NCBI GenBank assembly: GCA_964387275.1
Contig: CAYLVW010000001.1
Location: forward strand, 5,514 to 69,513
Source of the DNA: an uncultured Candidatus Saccharibacteria bacterium
GTDB lineage: Bacteria; Patescibacteriota; WWE3; UBA101185; UBA10185
DNA: 64,000 nt
Direction: 5' to 3'
Shown: in pieces, positions 1 to 9,249 of the stretch
Numbering within the stretch: position 1 is the stretch's first letter
Layout of the letters: every line of letters starts with the position of its first letter
Translations under genes and position numbers: made by a program
Notes under the pieces: generated by a model
The model's input: only the letters and a program-made list of their open reading frames with translations
What the model was told of the DNA's origin: nothing
Database searches by the model: none

Positions 1-3000
1 GTAAACCTCGTATCAATATTTTGTGATCTCCCAGCACAAATTCCACATTCACTTCGTCTCTTGTTTGAGATGGGTCTGACGATGGGTAGTAGGTGACAAT
101 TGAGGAGGTTTCTGTATTTGTTTTCCAACTAATAAGTACTGTAGGTTGAGCTGTACCTCTTACTTGTTGTATTTTAACTTCACTGATTTTTGGTCGTGGT
201 AAGGTTTCAAAAGTTAATGTGCTCCCTTCATATTCTGCTGCTTCTGAATCAAAGCCGTTAATCTTATAGAAGTATTTTGTACCGTCTTTAAGATCCTCCA
301 GGATAGTATTATATGTTGCTTCGGATGTAGAGGTTGAGACTTCCAGAGTGGATCCAAATGTTTGAGTTTCTCCGTAGTAAATCCTTATTTTAGTTGCGCC
401 CTCTACTGTGTATCTTATGGTTGCTGTAGTTAGGTTTACAGCAATTGCTTTTGGATCTGTCACCGTTGGGGCTGGCGCTGTTTCGAAAGTTGTTTCTTCT
501 GATGTTCCTGTATTACCGTCTTCGTCTGTCCACTTTGCTTGAAAGTAGTATCTGGTACCTGGGCTTAGGTTTGTAAGAGTTATAGTATGGTCTGTTAACT
601 GGTCGGAGTTTGAAGGTTCCTCATCAAAGAAATCACCAGATCCCTTACCGTACTGGATTTTTGAGTCAGATGTTCTATCAGTTGCCCAGGTTATTGTTGC
701 CTGTTTTGTAGTAATTGCACTTACAGTAGGACCACTAGTAAGTTCGGCAGCGGTTGTATATCTACCATCTGGGTAAGCTGAAACCGCAGTTGTAAAGATA
801 CCACAGTTGTTTGTAGTATCGCATGCTCTTACTTTGTAATAATGGGTTGCTTGTGCCAAATTTGTGTCAATATGGGCAATACCGCTTACTTCTGCTGCAA
901 ATGTGTAGGATGAATCATCTGTAGAGTGGTATATTTCGTAAGTTATATTTGAACTTCCTGTTGTTGGCGGTTCCCATGAGAGAGCAAGTTTCCATGATTC
1001 TGTTTCTTTAACAGATACGTCAGCAATTTCCACATTTAAAGGTACTCCTGGGGATGACGTGTTTGCTGTAAAAGTAACGCTTGCATAAGCGTCATAGTTT
1101 ATATTGTCTACTTCATCCATTGCTGCTACATATAGGGTATTAGACCCTGGTTGGTTTGCATACGGTCCTGATGACAGGGCTGAAATACCTTCTGCAGTGA
1201 ATGTACAGGTTGAGGCGGATGGTAGGGTATTTACGGTATAGCAGTAAGTTAAAGTTGATGAGTCTGGCATGCCTGTGTAGCTAGATGGCGCATCCCAGTC
1301 AAATGCAAAAGCGTTTGCAGTGTTTGTACTTGGAGTAACTATGAGATTTTGTGGTTCTGTTGGTGCGGTACCCGCAAAGTAGAAGTTTACTTGTTTGTAG
1401 GTAGAAGTAACGTTACCTGTATTATCGATAGTTCTCATATATAAAGTGTTTGGGCCTTCGTTTGCGATATCTGTTAGTGTTGTTTGTGTTGTTCCAACAG
1501 CTATTGTGGAAGACCAGCTGCTGGTTCCATTTATAGAATATTGGTATCCTGCTACTCCTGAACCACTTGTATCTGTTGCATCATTTGTCCAGTAGAAAGT
1601 ATATGAATTTGTAGCAGTATATCCTGGAGGCAGCGCTGTTAGTGAGCTTGGGTTTGTAGGTGCTGTACCATCGTATTGATAATTAAATGGTGCATATATT
1701 GAGCTGACGTTTTGAGCGTTGTCCCTTGCCTGTATCCTTAAGTAATAAGTTGAGTTTGATGTCATACTGGATGGCGTAAAGGTGGTACCTACTTGGAAAG
1801 TTCCTGCTGTTGAAGGAGTTGCAGTGTTATCAGTACCAAAGTATACATAGTATCCCTCTATTCCCGAACCTCCCGGATCTGTTGCACCTGACCAAGAGAA
1901 ATAAGGTGTAGCATAGTTGTACCAAGTGTCTGTTGTCAAAGATACAGATCCCCCTGATTGATCCAACGCTGTTAGAGATGATGGTGGGTTTGGTGCGGTA
2001 GCATCTTCACTACCTACTAATGTAACCGAGTTTAAAGTTGCTTGTTGGGTTCCGTCGCCATCAAGAACTGCTTGCCACATAAAGCCGTCCGTAGTGACAT
2101 CAAATGAAGAAACATTTGCTGTTATTGTAGCTATTGGGTTTACTTCTGTAAGCGCGGATGAAGTTGTCCAAGCACTGCCGTTCCAGTATTGCCATGTGGT
2201 GCCTCCATCACTTGAAAGTCTATAATTAAGGGACCCTCCATTAGCTGTCTCACTTGATGCTAAGGAGTCCCATTGCAGAACACCCGATGTAAAAACAGCT
2301 GAGTTTGGTCTTACTGTTTGGGGATCACTAGTATATGGGGTTGTGATAAAGGTACTTCTTGCTGTATCACTTATTCTTAGCTCATCAATCTGGCCCGCGA
2401 GATAACTTAGTGGGAGTCCACTATCCACTGCTCCATGGCTTGTACCAACTCTGAGTTGTAATGTATTAGTTGGTATTGATCTTGTCGCAGATGTTGTTGC
2501 ATCCTCAACACCATTTATATATATCTTCATTGCAGTGCCGTTGTAAGTGGCTGCAACATGTCTCCAATCTGTATTAAAAGAATTTGTTGCAGATTCAAGA
2601 ACTGCGTTATTTCCATAACTCCATACATTAGCATCTACGTTTCCTGAATCTCCTGTACCTGTATAGAGTTTACCTTTATAGGTGGTTACAAAGGTTGCAT
2701 GTTCAGCTGTGTTACTTGCCCATGAGTTATTCAGATCGTCACCCGCGACTTTTGTCCAAGTTGTAAAGTCATATCTCCAGACCTCACCATCTCCAGCTGC
2801 ACTACCTGTTGTTACATACATATCTCCGTTATATTCAGCGATTGACCTAATTCTTTCCATTTCACCTGCTGGCCAGCTGCTGTTTACATCATCGCCTCCA
2901 ATTAGTGTCCATGTAGATCCGTTATATTCCCATACTTCCGCATCGTCCGAGCTATTTCCAAGTCCGGCATACAATTTGTCTCCAATTGGAGCCAGAGCCT

Positions 3001-5563
3001 CTACTGTCTCATATACGGCATTTGCCCAGCTTGAGTTAACAGCATCTCCTCCTACTCTTGTCCAAGATGAGCCATTCCACCTCCACACTTCTGCGTCACC
3101 CGCTGAAGCACCAAGACCTGCATACAATTGATTATTATAAAAAGCAAGTGAGTAGACTGCCTCAAAGTTAGTAGTCCACCCGGAATTTAAACTATCCCCG
3201 CCAATCTTAGTCCAGGCAGTGCCATTCCATCTCCATACCTCTGCATCATTTGCAGAATTACCAAGGCCTGCATATAGATATGTGCCATCGGAGGCTAGGG
3301 CATAGACACCTTCAAAGTTAGTAGTCCATCCGGAGTTTAGGCTATCTCCTCCAAATTGAGTCCAGGAAGTGCCATTAAATCTCCACGTTTCTGCATCATT
3401 TGCGGTTATACCAAGACCTGCAATCAGTTGATTATCATATTGACCCAAAGCCAGTACGTTTTCGTATGTGTTAAAGGCCCAACTTGAATTAACACCTTGT
3501 CCTCCTACTATGTTCCATGTTGATCCATTAAAATCCCATACTTGAGCACTTCCAGCTACACTAATACCAGTTCCGACATATAAACTCTCACTTAGAACCT
3601 CTGCTGTTTCTATTGTTTGTCTGTTGTAGTAACCCCAGCTACTATTAATGTACTGACCTCCGATTCTGGTCCAAGTAGTACCATTAAAGCTCCAGAAATC
3701 AGATCCTTGGTTGGTTGAAGTTTGTCCGGCGTACAGTGTGCTTGAGTTATATGTTAGTGCACTGATAATTGTGTGAGTATTTGTAAACCCGGAATTTAAA
3801 GCATCTCCACCAATCTTAGTCCAGGCAGTGCCATTCCATCCCCATACTTCGTTATCTCCAGCGGTGGCGCCAAGTCCCACATACAGATTTGATCCATCGT
3901 TCGTCATTGAATAGACGTACTCATATGTAGAAGCAGCCCACCCGGAGTTTAATGCATCTCCTCCTATTTGTGACCATGAAGTACCATTCCATCTCCAAAC
4001 ATCTCCATCCCCTGCGGTATCTCCTGTACCTGCATAGAGATTTCCTCCGTAGTAACTAAGAGACCACACTCTTTCAATGTTGCTGCCGGCTGCCCAGCTT
4101 GAATTAACACCATCTCCTCCTATTCTTGTCCAGGTAGTGCCATTCCATCTCCATACCTCTGCATCCTGAGCAGTAAGCCCCAAGCCAGCATAAAGGTTTG
4201 TTCCATCATTTACTAGAGCGTGAACAATTTCAAAGTTAGTAGTCCAGCCGGAGTTTAGGCTATCTCCTCCAATCTTAGTCCATGATGTGCCATTCCATCT
4301 CCATACCTCCGCATCGTTTGCAGAATTACCAAGACCTGCATATAAATTGCCTCCATAGTAATCAAGTGAGTAGACACCCTCCATTGCTAGTACTGCTGTC
4401 CAGCTGGAGTTAACACCGTCTCCACCAATTTTAGTCCATGCAGCGCCGTCCCATCTCCATACCTCCGCATCACCTGCAGTAAGACCTAATCCTACATAGA
4501 CATTAGTGCCATCATTTGCAAGTGCCAAAACCTGCTCGTATTGTTGTGCTGTCCAGCTATCATTTACTCCATCACCTCCAACTTTTGTCCAGGTTCCCCC
4601 CGACCATTGCCATACTTCTGCATCACTGACGGCATTACCAAGGCCTACAAAGACACTTGTTCCCATTGACGTGCTGGCAGACACCGAAAGTTGGCCGTTT
4701 AAATCCCAGCTGTTATTAATTTCGCTCCCTGCTACTTGTGACCACGTGGTTGCTGCAGAATCCTCTAGCTCGTATGTCAACTTTCCTGTCAAATGATTAA
4801 AGTAAAGTTTATATCCTCCTTTGTCCACTATCGCCATATCTCTATCATTTGAAGTTGCGTTAAAGGTAGATGTTAATTTTATCCAAGCTTCTATAGTATT
4901 TTCTGCAACAATATCTAATACAGATGAATCTGCTGCATATCCATAAGAAATTTGACCATCAAAGGAGCCTGCATTATTAAAATTGCCAGAAGAATAAGTA
5001 ATATTTGAATTAGTTAGTGTGTTTGCATTGCCCGAGCTGTCTGAAGCATTCCCAGAGCTTTCATCAAAGTGATATAGCGCTACTGTATCTGCATCTGTTT
5101 CGTAATTTCGAACTTTTAGCCTTGCAGTATTACCCAAAACCTCTATTAAACTTGAGTCTGATACTGTGTAATCTCCAGATGCTGAAAAATCCCAAGTGTT
5201 TGTTAGTTCTCCCGCAGCTTTTACTCTTTGCAGGATGTTTGTTGTGGCAAAGAAAATTCCAATACATATGCCCAAAGTCAGGATAAAAGCTGTTGAAGCT
5301 TTTACCTGCCATCTTGCTAGAGTTACCTTTTTGTCACCATTTTCTTTTACTATTTTTATAGCCTCATAAGTTTTTTCTAAAAACGCAATTAAGCCATTTT
5401 TAAAAAAACTTACTATGCCTGCACGTCTGGTTGCTATAGTTGTTACTTTTTTCTTTTTAAAAATACTGAAAAAATTTACTCGCAGAAAAGGCAAACCGCT
5501 TATATGTCGTCGGGTTTTAGACCTTCTATTAAACTGTCTTATATCATTTTTCAGATCTATCAT
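1..5563 (-). CDS. Giant surface protein (partial, runs off window start): N-terminal TM anchor, LamG domain, ~14 Trp-rich beta-propeller repeats, multiple FN3/Ig-like domains
   Basis: Absent from the ORF track because no stop lies in the window. Hand translation from ATG at 5563 gives MIDLKNDIRQ...FILTLGICIGIFFA (TM), VALYHFDESSG and WRHVAATYNGTAMKIYINGV (LamG), repeats LYAGLGxxxxDAEVWRWNGTxWTKIGGDxxNSxW, and FN3-like ATITWATDRTSDSKIQYG...LTNLSPGTRYYFQA. The same frame is sensible at both ends (>1850 aa). Confidence 0.9.
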   Translation of the reverse strand, partial: MIDLKNDIRQFNRRSKTRRHISGLPFLRVNFFSIFKKKKVTTIATRRAGIVSFFKNGLIAFLEKTYEAIKIVKENGDKKVTLARWQVKASTAFILTLGICIGIFFATTNILQRVKAAGELTNTWDFSASGDYTVSDSSLIEVLGNTARLKVRNYETDADTVALYHFDESSGNASDSSGNANTLTNSNITYSSGNFNNAGSFDGQISYGYAADSSVLDIVAENTIEAWIKLTSTFNATSNDRDMAIVDKGGYKLYFNHLTGKLTYELEDSAATTWSQVAGSEINNSWDLNGQLSVSASTSMGTSVFVGLGNAVSDAEVWQWSGGTWTKVGGDGVNDSWTAQQYEQVLALANDGTNVYVGLGLTAGDAEVWRWDGAAWTKIGGDGVNSSWTAVLAMEGVYSLDYYGGNLYAGLGNSANDAEVWRWNGTSWTKIGGDSLNSGWTTNFEIVHALVNDGTNLYAGLGLTAQDAEVWRWNGTTWTRIGGDGVNSSWAAGSNIERVWSLSYYGGNLYAGTGDTAGDGDVWRWNGTSWSQIGGDALNSGWAASTYEYVYSMTNDGSNLYVGLGATAGDNEVWGWNGTAWTKIGGDALNSGFTNTHTIISALTYNSSTLYAGQTSTNQGSDFWSFNGTTWTRIGGQYINSSWGYYNRQTIETAEVLSESLYVGTGISVAGSAQVWDFNGSTWNIVGGQGVNSSWAFNTYENVLALGQYDNQLIAGLGITANDAETWRFNGTSWTQFGGDSLNSGWTTNFEGVYALASDGTYLYAGLGNSANDAEVWRWNGTAWTKIGGDSLNSGWTTNFEAVYSLAFYNNQLYAGLGASAGDAEVWRWNGSSWTRVGGDAVNSSWANAVYETVEALAPIGDKLYAGLGNSSDDAEVWEYNGSTWTLIGGDDVNSSWPAGEMERIRSIAEYNGDMYVTTGSAAGDGEVWRYDFTTWTKVAGDDLNNSWASNTAEHATFVTTYKGKLYTGTGDSGNVDANVWSYGNNAVLESATNSFNTDWRHVAATYNGTAMKIYINGVEDATTSATRSIPTNTLQLRVGTSHGAVDSGLPLSYLAGQIDELRISDTARSTFITTPYTSDPQTVRPNSAVFTSGVLQWDSLASSETANGGSLNYRLSSDGGTTWQYWNGSAWTTSSALTEVNPIATITANVSSFDVTTDGFMWQAVLDGDGTQQATLNSVTLVGSEDATAPNPPSSLTALDQSGGSVSLTTDTWYNYATPYFSWSGATDPGGSGIEGYYVYFGTDNTATPSTAGTFQVGTTFTPSSMTSNSTYYLRIQARDNAQNVSSIYAPFNYQYDGTAPTNPSSLTALPPGYTATNSYTFYWTNDATDTSGSGVAGYQYSINGTSSWSSTIAVGTTQTTLTDIANEGPNTLYMRTIDNTGNVTSTYKQVNFYFAGTAPTEPQNLIVTPSTNTANAFAFDWDAPSSYTGMPDSSTLTYCYTVNTLPSASTCTFTAEGISALSSGPYANQPGSNTLYVAAMDEVDNINYDAYASVTFTANTSSPGVPLNVEIADVSVKETESWKLALSWEPPTTGSSNITYEIYHSTDDSSYTFAAEVSGIAHIDTNLAQATHYYKVRACDTTNNCGIFTTAVSAYPDGRYTTAAELTSGPTVSAITTKQATITWATDRTSDSKIQYGKGSGDFFDEEPSNSDQLTDHTITLTNLSPGTRYYFQAKWTDEDGNTGTSEETTFETAPAPTVTDPKAIAVNLTTATIRYTVEGATKIRIYYGETQTFGSTLEVSTSTSEATYNTILEDLKDGTKYFYKINGFDSEAAEYEGSTLTFETLPRPKISEVKIQQVRGTAQPTVLISWKTNTETSSIVTYYPSSDPSQTRDEVNVEFVLGDHKILIRGL
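2615..4747 (-). repeat. Intragenic tandem repeats of ~50-52 codons (beta-propeller blades)
   Basis: About 14 copies of the WTKIGGDxxNSxW unit; near-identical DNA, e.g. ccaatcttagtccaggcagtgccattccatc at ~3201 and ~3810. Confidence 0.9.
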
Positions 5564-5715
5564 GGCAGGTGATTCATCTTCTAATAATCTTACATGAATT
5601 ATAAATTATTTTGAAGTAATAGATAGGCTGAATTTGCTGCCTTATCAACATATAGATATATATAAATATTAATTCTTGTATGGGTAACAGAATCTAATTT
5701 GGTATTATTGAACAT

Positions 5716-6720
5716 ATGGAAACAAGCTCCAAAGAGAAAGTTATGATTAGGCCCCTTAGCCGATATATTTTAATGTTTCTGTTGTTAATTTTAGGGTTTG
5801 GTTTTGGGATTTTATTTGATAAATCGTTAATAAAAAATGCTTTTATTAGTGAAGTTAGGCTGCCCCAGCAGTACAAGTATATTAATCCTCTTTTAGAGTG
5901 TGATTCCAACATTGGTAACTATAAATCTCTAACTAAAACTGAAGACAGCGTATCCTCTTACATTAAGGATGCAAAAGACAGGGGTACAATTACCAGCGCA
6001 TCTGTTTACTACAGGGATTTAAATAATGGTCCATGGTTTGGTATTAATGAACAGGAGAAGTTCACTCCCGCGAGTTTAATTAAGGTTCCTATGATGATCG
6101 CTTATTTTAAAAGGGCCGAAACAGATCCAGATATTTTAAGTAAAAAATTAATATTTTCTTCTAAAGATCAAATCTCCTTAGGTCCTGCTTTTGTTAAACC
6201 TAAGGAAGAGTTGATTGAAGGGCAGGAATATACTGTTATGGAGTTAGTTGAGATCATGATTAAGTTTTCTAATAATAATGCTTACTACCTTCTCAAGAGT
6301 AATTTAGGAGAAGATAGGTTTGAACAAACTCTTAAAGATTTTGGTATAGATGTTGCTAAGATTAACTCTAGTAACACAGAGAATGTTTTAACAATTCGCG
6401 AGTATTCATCATTCTTTAGAATTTTATACAATTCTTCTTACTTGAGCAGAGCTTACTCTGAGAGGGCTTTGGAGATTTTGAGCGGGGTAGAATTTAAGTC
6501 TGGGATAAGTGCCGGTATACCTGAATCTGTTTTGGTTGCAAATAAGTTTGGTGAGAGATCTTATCAAGATTCTTCTATCAAGCAGCTGCATGATTGTGGG
6601 ATTGTTTATAAGACTAATAATCCTTATTTGGTATGTATTATGACAAGAGGGGGTACTTTTGACGATTTAGCAAATTCTATAAGGGATATTTCTAAGATTA
6701 TTTATAGCTCTTTGAATTAG
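5716..6720 (+). CDS. Class A beta-lactamase-related serine hydrolase, membrane anchored
   Basis: SxxK (ASLIK), SxN (SNN) and KTG-like (NKFG) motifs; N-terminal TM. Confidence 0.85.
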   Translation: METSSKEKVMIRPLSRYILMFLLLILGFGFGILFDKSLIKNAFISEVRLPQQYKYINPLLECDSNIGNYKSLTKTEDSVSSYIKDAKDRGTITSASVYYRDLNNGPWFGINEQEKFTPASLIKVPMMIAYFKRAETDPDILSKKLIFSSKDQISLGPAFVKPKEELIEGQEYTVMELVEIMIKFSNNNAYYLLKSNLGEDRFEQTLKDFGIDVAKINSSNTENVLTIREYSSFFRILYNSSYLSRAYSERALEILSGVEFKSGISAGIPESVLVANKFGERSYQDSSIKQLHDCGIVYKTNNPYLVCIMTRGGTFDDLANSIRDISKIIYSSLN

Positions 6721-6808
6721 TTTAATGTTGTAACTGTATTTTTTATGAAGGTTGTTTGTTAATCAGCGTTGTTACCTCTATTTGTATTTTAGGATTTTTA
6801 ATGAATGT

Positions 6809-6861
6809 GGGCGGGCGCAGCTGGGTTAGAAAAATCAGATCACCACTTGCTGCGCCCGCCC
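6809..6861. terminator. GC-rich inverted repeat between convergent genes
   Basis: gggcgggcgcagc-N27-gctgcgcccgccc, 13 bp perfect; no U-tract. Confidence 0.6.
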
Positions 6862-6995
6862 CTACCATCTCCTTACCTCCAAACCTTTCTTTTCAGAACA
6901 ACCGAAACAGCTCAAACCAAATCTTCTAACTAACCCACTTTACTCGAGTTCAATCCAAGACTGGAGATCAGTCTTGTTGTAAAACGGGGGCCAGA

Positions 6996-7388
6996 CTACC
7001 TTCTTCTGCCTTTGCCCTTACGCACATCGAAAACACCTCTTGGGGTGTAAGGTCCTTCGGGTTCTCTCAGGTATAGCGAGGTTACATAAAGTGCAACTTC
7101 ATGTTCTCGCCTGCTCGGCTCAAACCCAGCAATGACCTCTGCCTTAGACCAGATCGATTCTTGAGTTGGCAGTCTGATCAAGGCAGTTTTAAAAAGGCTT
7201 CGATACAACTCAACCAAAGCCTTATCTTTGTTACACCATGGAAGACAAAATGGCCTTCCTCTAAGCTCCTGGGGCTTGTAGTTGGAAATTATCCTTTCGA
7301 GTAGGTGGTGGTACATTAAAGAAACATCAGTGTTTCCAACAACCAGAGACCCACCACCTGCGTTTGATAATTGCCCAGAGCTTGTCAT
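6996..7388 (-). CDS. Hypothetical protein
   Basis: 130 aa ORF preceded by strong SD (AAGGGGAGG) and a structured leader. Confidence 0.65.
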   Translation of the reverse strand: MTSSGQLSNAGGGSLVVGNTDVSLMYHHLLERIISNYKPQELRGRPFCLPWCNKDKALVELYRSLFKTALIRLPTQESIWSKAEVIAGFEPSRREHEVALYVTSLYLREPEGPYTPRGVFDVRKGKGRRR

Positions 7389-7551
7389 TTGGTCCTCCCC
7401 TTTATATCACAGATCGGTTTTGGAATTTTGTGGTTTTCACACCAATCCGTAACTTAGATAAATACTACCATTATTAGTGCAATCATCAATACTATTATAT
7501 TAATATGAATTATTTATCAAACAGTTACTTATGGTTGTTAATAATGAGTAC

Positions 7552-8949
7552 TTATGCCGCTTCGCTATCAGCAATGTATTTTTTGATCAATCTCCTAGCC
7601 TTGGGGCTTTTTACAAGCTCAAGCCAGTCTTTACTGGGTCTTGCTCTGGGATTTGTCAGAACTTCTACGACATCCCCATCTTTGAGTTCTTGGGAAAGTT
7701 TTGCAATTTTACCGTTGATCAGCGCGCTGATGCATTTGTAGCCGATATCTTCGTGTACTGCAAAAGCAAAATCAATAATAATAGCACCTACAGGAAGTTC
7801 TATTATTTTTCCTTTTGGCGTAAAAACATACACTTTGTTTTTAAAAGTTGAAATCTCTGTATTTTCAGCTTTGGTTAAAGACTTTACATTTAATTGTTTT
7901 AATAAATCGGGTGATGAATTAAGGTATTTTTTTAAATGCTCGCCAATCTTATAGAAAGCATGGCTTGCCTTACCATATTCATTTTCTTCATGCATATCTT
8001 TAGTTTTAATTTGAATTTCTAGGTAAAAATCTTCTGAAGCCTTATATATATTGTGAATAGATCTATATCCGGTCATACGAGGCTCTTTAATAAAGTCATC
8101 TCTTGAATCCGAAAGCGTATCCCAGATATTATTTAGCATGTCCTCTACTAAGTAGCACTCATCTATCGAATCTACAATAATTGCCATGGCCGCAATATCG
8201 TATATATGCTCCAGAGATCTTCCTACTCCGTTGTACTTAACCTCTTTTTTATAAATTGAATATGTGTGCTTAATTCTTTTTAGGATTATAGGATCTTTTA
8301 CATTATTTTCAGCAAGTATTGCTCTGATAAACGCTTCTGTGTCTCTAAATAAATTCTCAATCGCAGGTTTTTTGCTTGCTACAAAATACGAAATATCCGA
8401 ATACTTTTGAGGGTTTAATACTTTAAAAGCGTTATCCTCAAGTATTCTTGAGTAAGAACTAAGACCAAGCAAATGACATACAGGGCTATATAAAGTAAGT
8501 ATTCTCTGTGCTCTACCTAGTCTTATATCCTCAGGAAGAGAGAATAAGGACTGTGCATCTTCGACCTTATCAGCAAGTCTTACAAGTAGCAATCTAATAT
8601 CTTGAGCAATGTTTAGATACGTTTGTATTATGTAACCTGTGTTTACAACTTCTTCTGACATCATTCTGACTTGGTGATTCCTAAGTTCGTCATATCTTCT
8701 AACCAGATCATATATATCCTGCCCAAGTTCATTAACTATTTGTTTTTTATATTCTTCTGTTTCTAAGGGAACAAAATGATGGAGTATAGCAAGAATTAAT
8801 GTTTCTTCATCCTTTACACCTATTTTTACCAAGTTACTTAAAACTTTTTCCACATGTTCGTACAAAGCAGCTCCTGAGAGTCTTTTTTTATCTTTATATA
8901 TTTTTTGAGCTATTTGTTTTGCTCTAAGTAATCTGTTTTTTTCTTCCAT
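7552..8949 (-). CDS. RelA/SpoT homolog (degenerate HD + synthetase + TGS; no ACT domain)
   Basis: LLLVRLADK, GYRSIH, EIQIKT, MHEENEYG, VYVFTPKG...DFAFAVHEDIG (TGS). Confidence 0.9.
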   Translation of the reverse strand: MEEKNRLLRAKQIAQKIYKDKKRLSGAALYEHVEKVLSNLVKIGVKDEETLILAILHHFVPLETEEYKKQIVNELGQDIYDLVRRYDELRNHQVRMMSEEVVNTGYIIQTYLNIAQDIRLLLVRLADKVEDAQSLFSLPEDIRLGRAQRILTLYSPVCHLLGLSSYSRILEDNAFKVLNPQKYSDISYFVASKKPAIENLFRDTEAFIRAILAENNVKDPIILKRIKHTYSIYKKEVKYNGVGRSLEHIYDIAAMAIIVDSIDECYLVEDMLNNIWDTLSDSRDDFIKEPRMTGYRSIHNIYKASEDFYLEIQIKTKDMHEENEYGKASHAFYKIGEHLKKYLNSSPDLLKQLNVKSLTKAENTEISTFKNKVYVFTPKGKIIELPVGAIIIDFAFAVHEDIGYKCISALINGKIAKLSQELKDGDVVEVLTNPRARPSKDWLELVKSPKARRLIKKYIADSEAA

Positions 8950-9002
8950 TTTTAGACCAAACTTTACAAGTCTTTGCAGTTTCCTAGTGAAAGGAAGTTG
9001 GA

Positions 9003-9033
9003 GAAGGCACGTGCTTTAGCGCGTGGAGTCTCA
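9003..9033 (+). mobile_element. IS200/IS605-type end hairpin relic
   Basis: gaaggcacgtgctttagcgcgtggagtctca: GAAG-stem-CTTTAG-stem-GAG..TCA pattern; no transposase nearby. Confidence 0.45.
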
Positions 9034-9136
9034 TTAAAATGCCTGTTATAACCTGCAGCTAGGTAACTTGGCACAATCAGTATGCCCGCAGACTTAGAGA
9101 TACAGGGTGCGAGAGCTACATATAGTTTCCAGAAAC

Positions 9137-9219
9137 AAAAAACACCCGTACCGGGCTTTATACTATTTTTTGGGTGAAAAGCGTCTGCATCTCCTTAGTT
9201 TTCACGTCTATATATTATA
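9137..9219 (-). promoter_or_regulatory. Promoter, leader peptide and terminator upstream of the RelA/SpoT gene
   Basis: TATAAT at 9219-9214; uORF 9205-9158 (MKTKEMQTLFTQKIV); hairpin gcccg/cgggt followed by T6. Confidence 0.45.
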
Positions 9220-9249
9220 CATTAGTGGGGAAGTTTTGTTTATTTTTAG

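Noticed and set aside
2615-4747. Regularly spaced repeats resembling a CRISPR array or DGR template/variable repeats
   Set aside because: In-frame coding repeats of ~150 bp with synonymous variation; no cas or reverse transcriptase gene in the window
2682-5597. Plus-strand ORFs 2682-3131, 4506-4796, 5017-5286, 5415-5597 and minus ORF 5130-5312
   Set aside because: Shadows of the giant minus-strand gene 1-5563
5716-6720. Functional beta-lactam resistance gene
   Set aside because: KTG is replaced by KFG and no clear omega-loop Glu is visible; activity cannot be inferred
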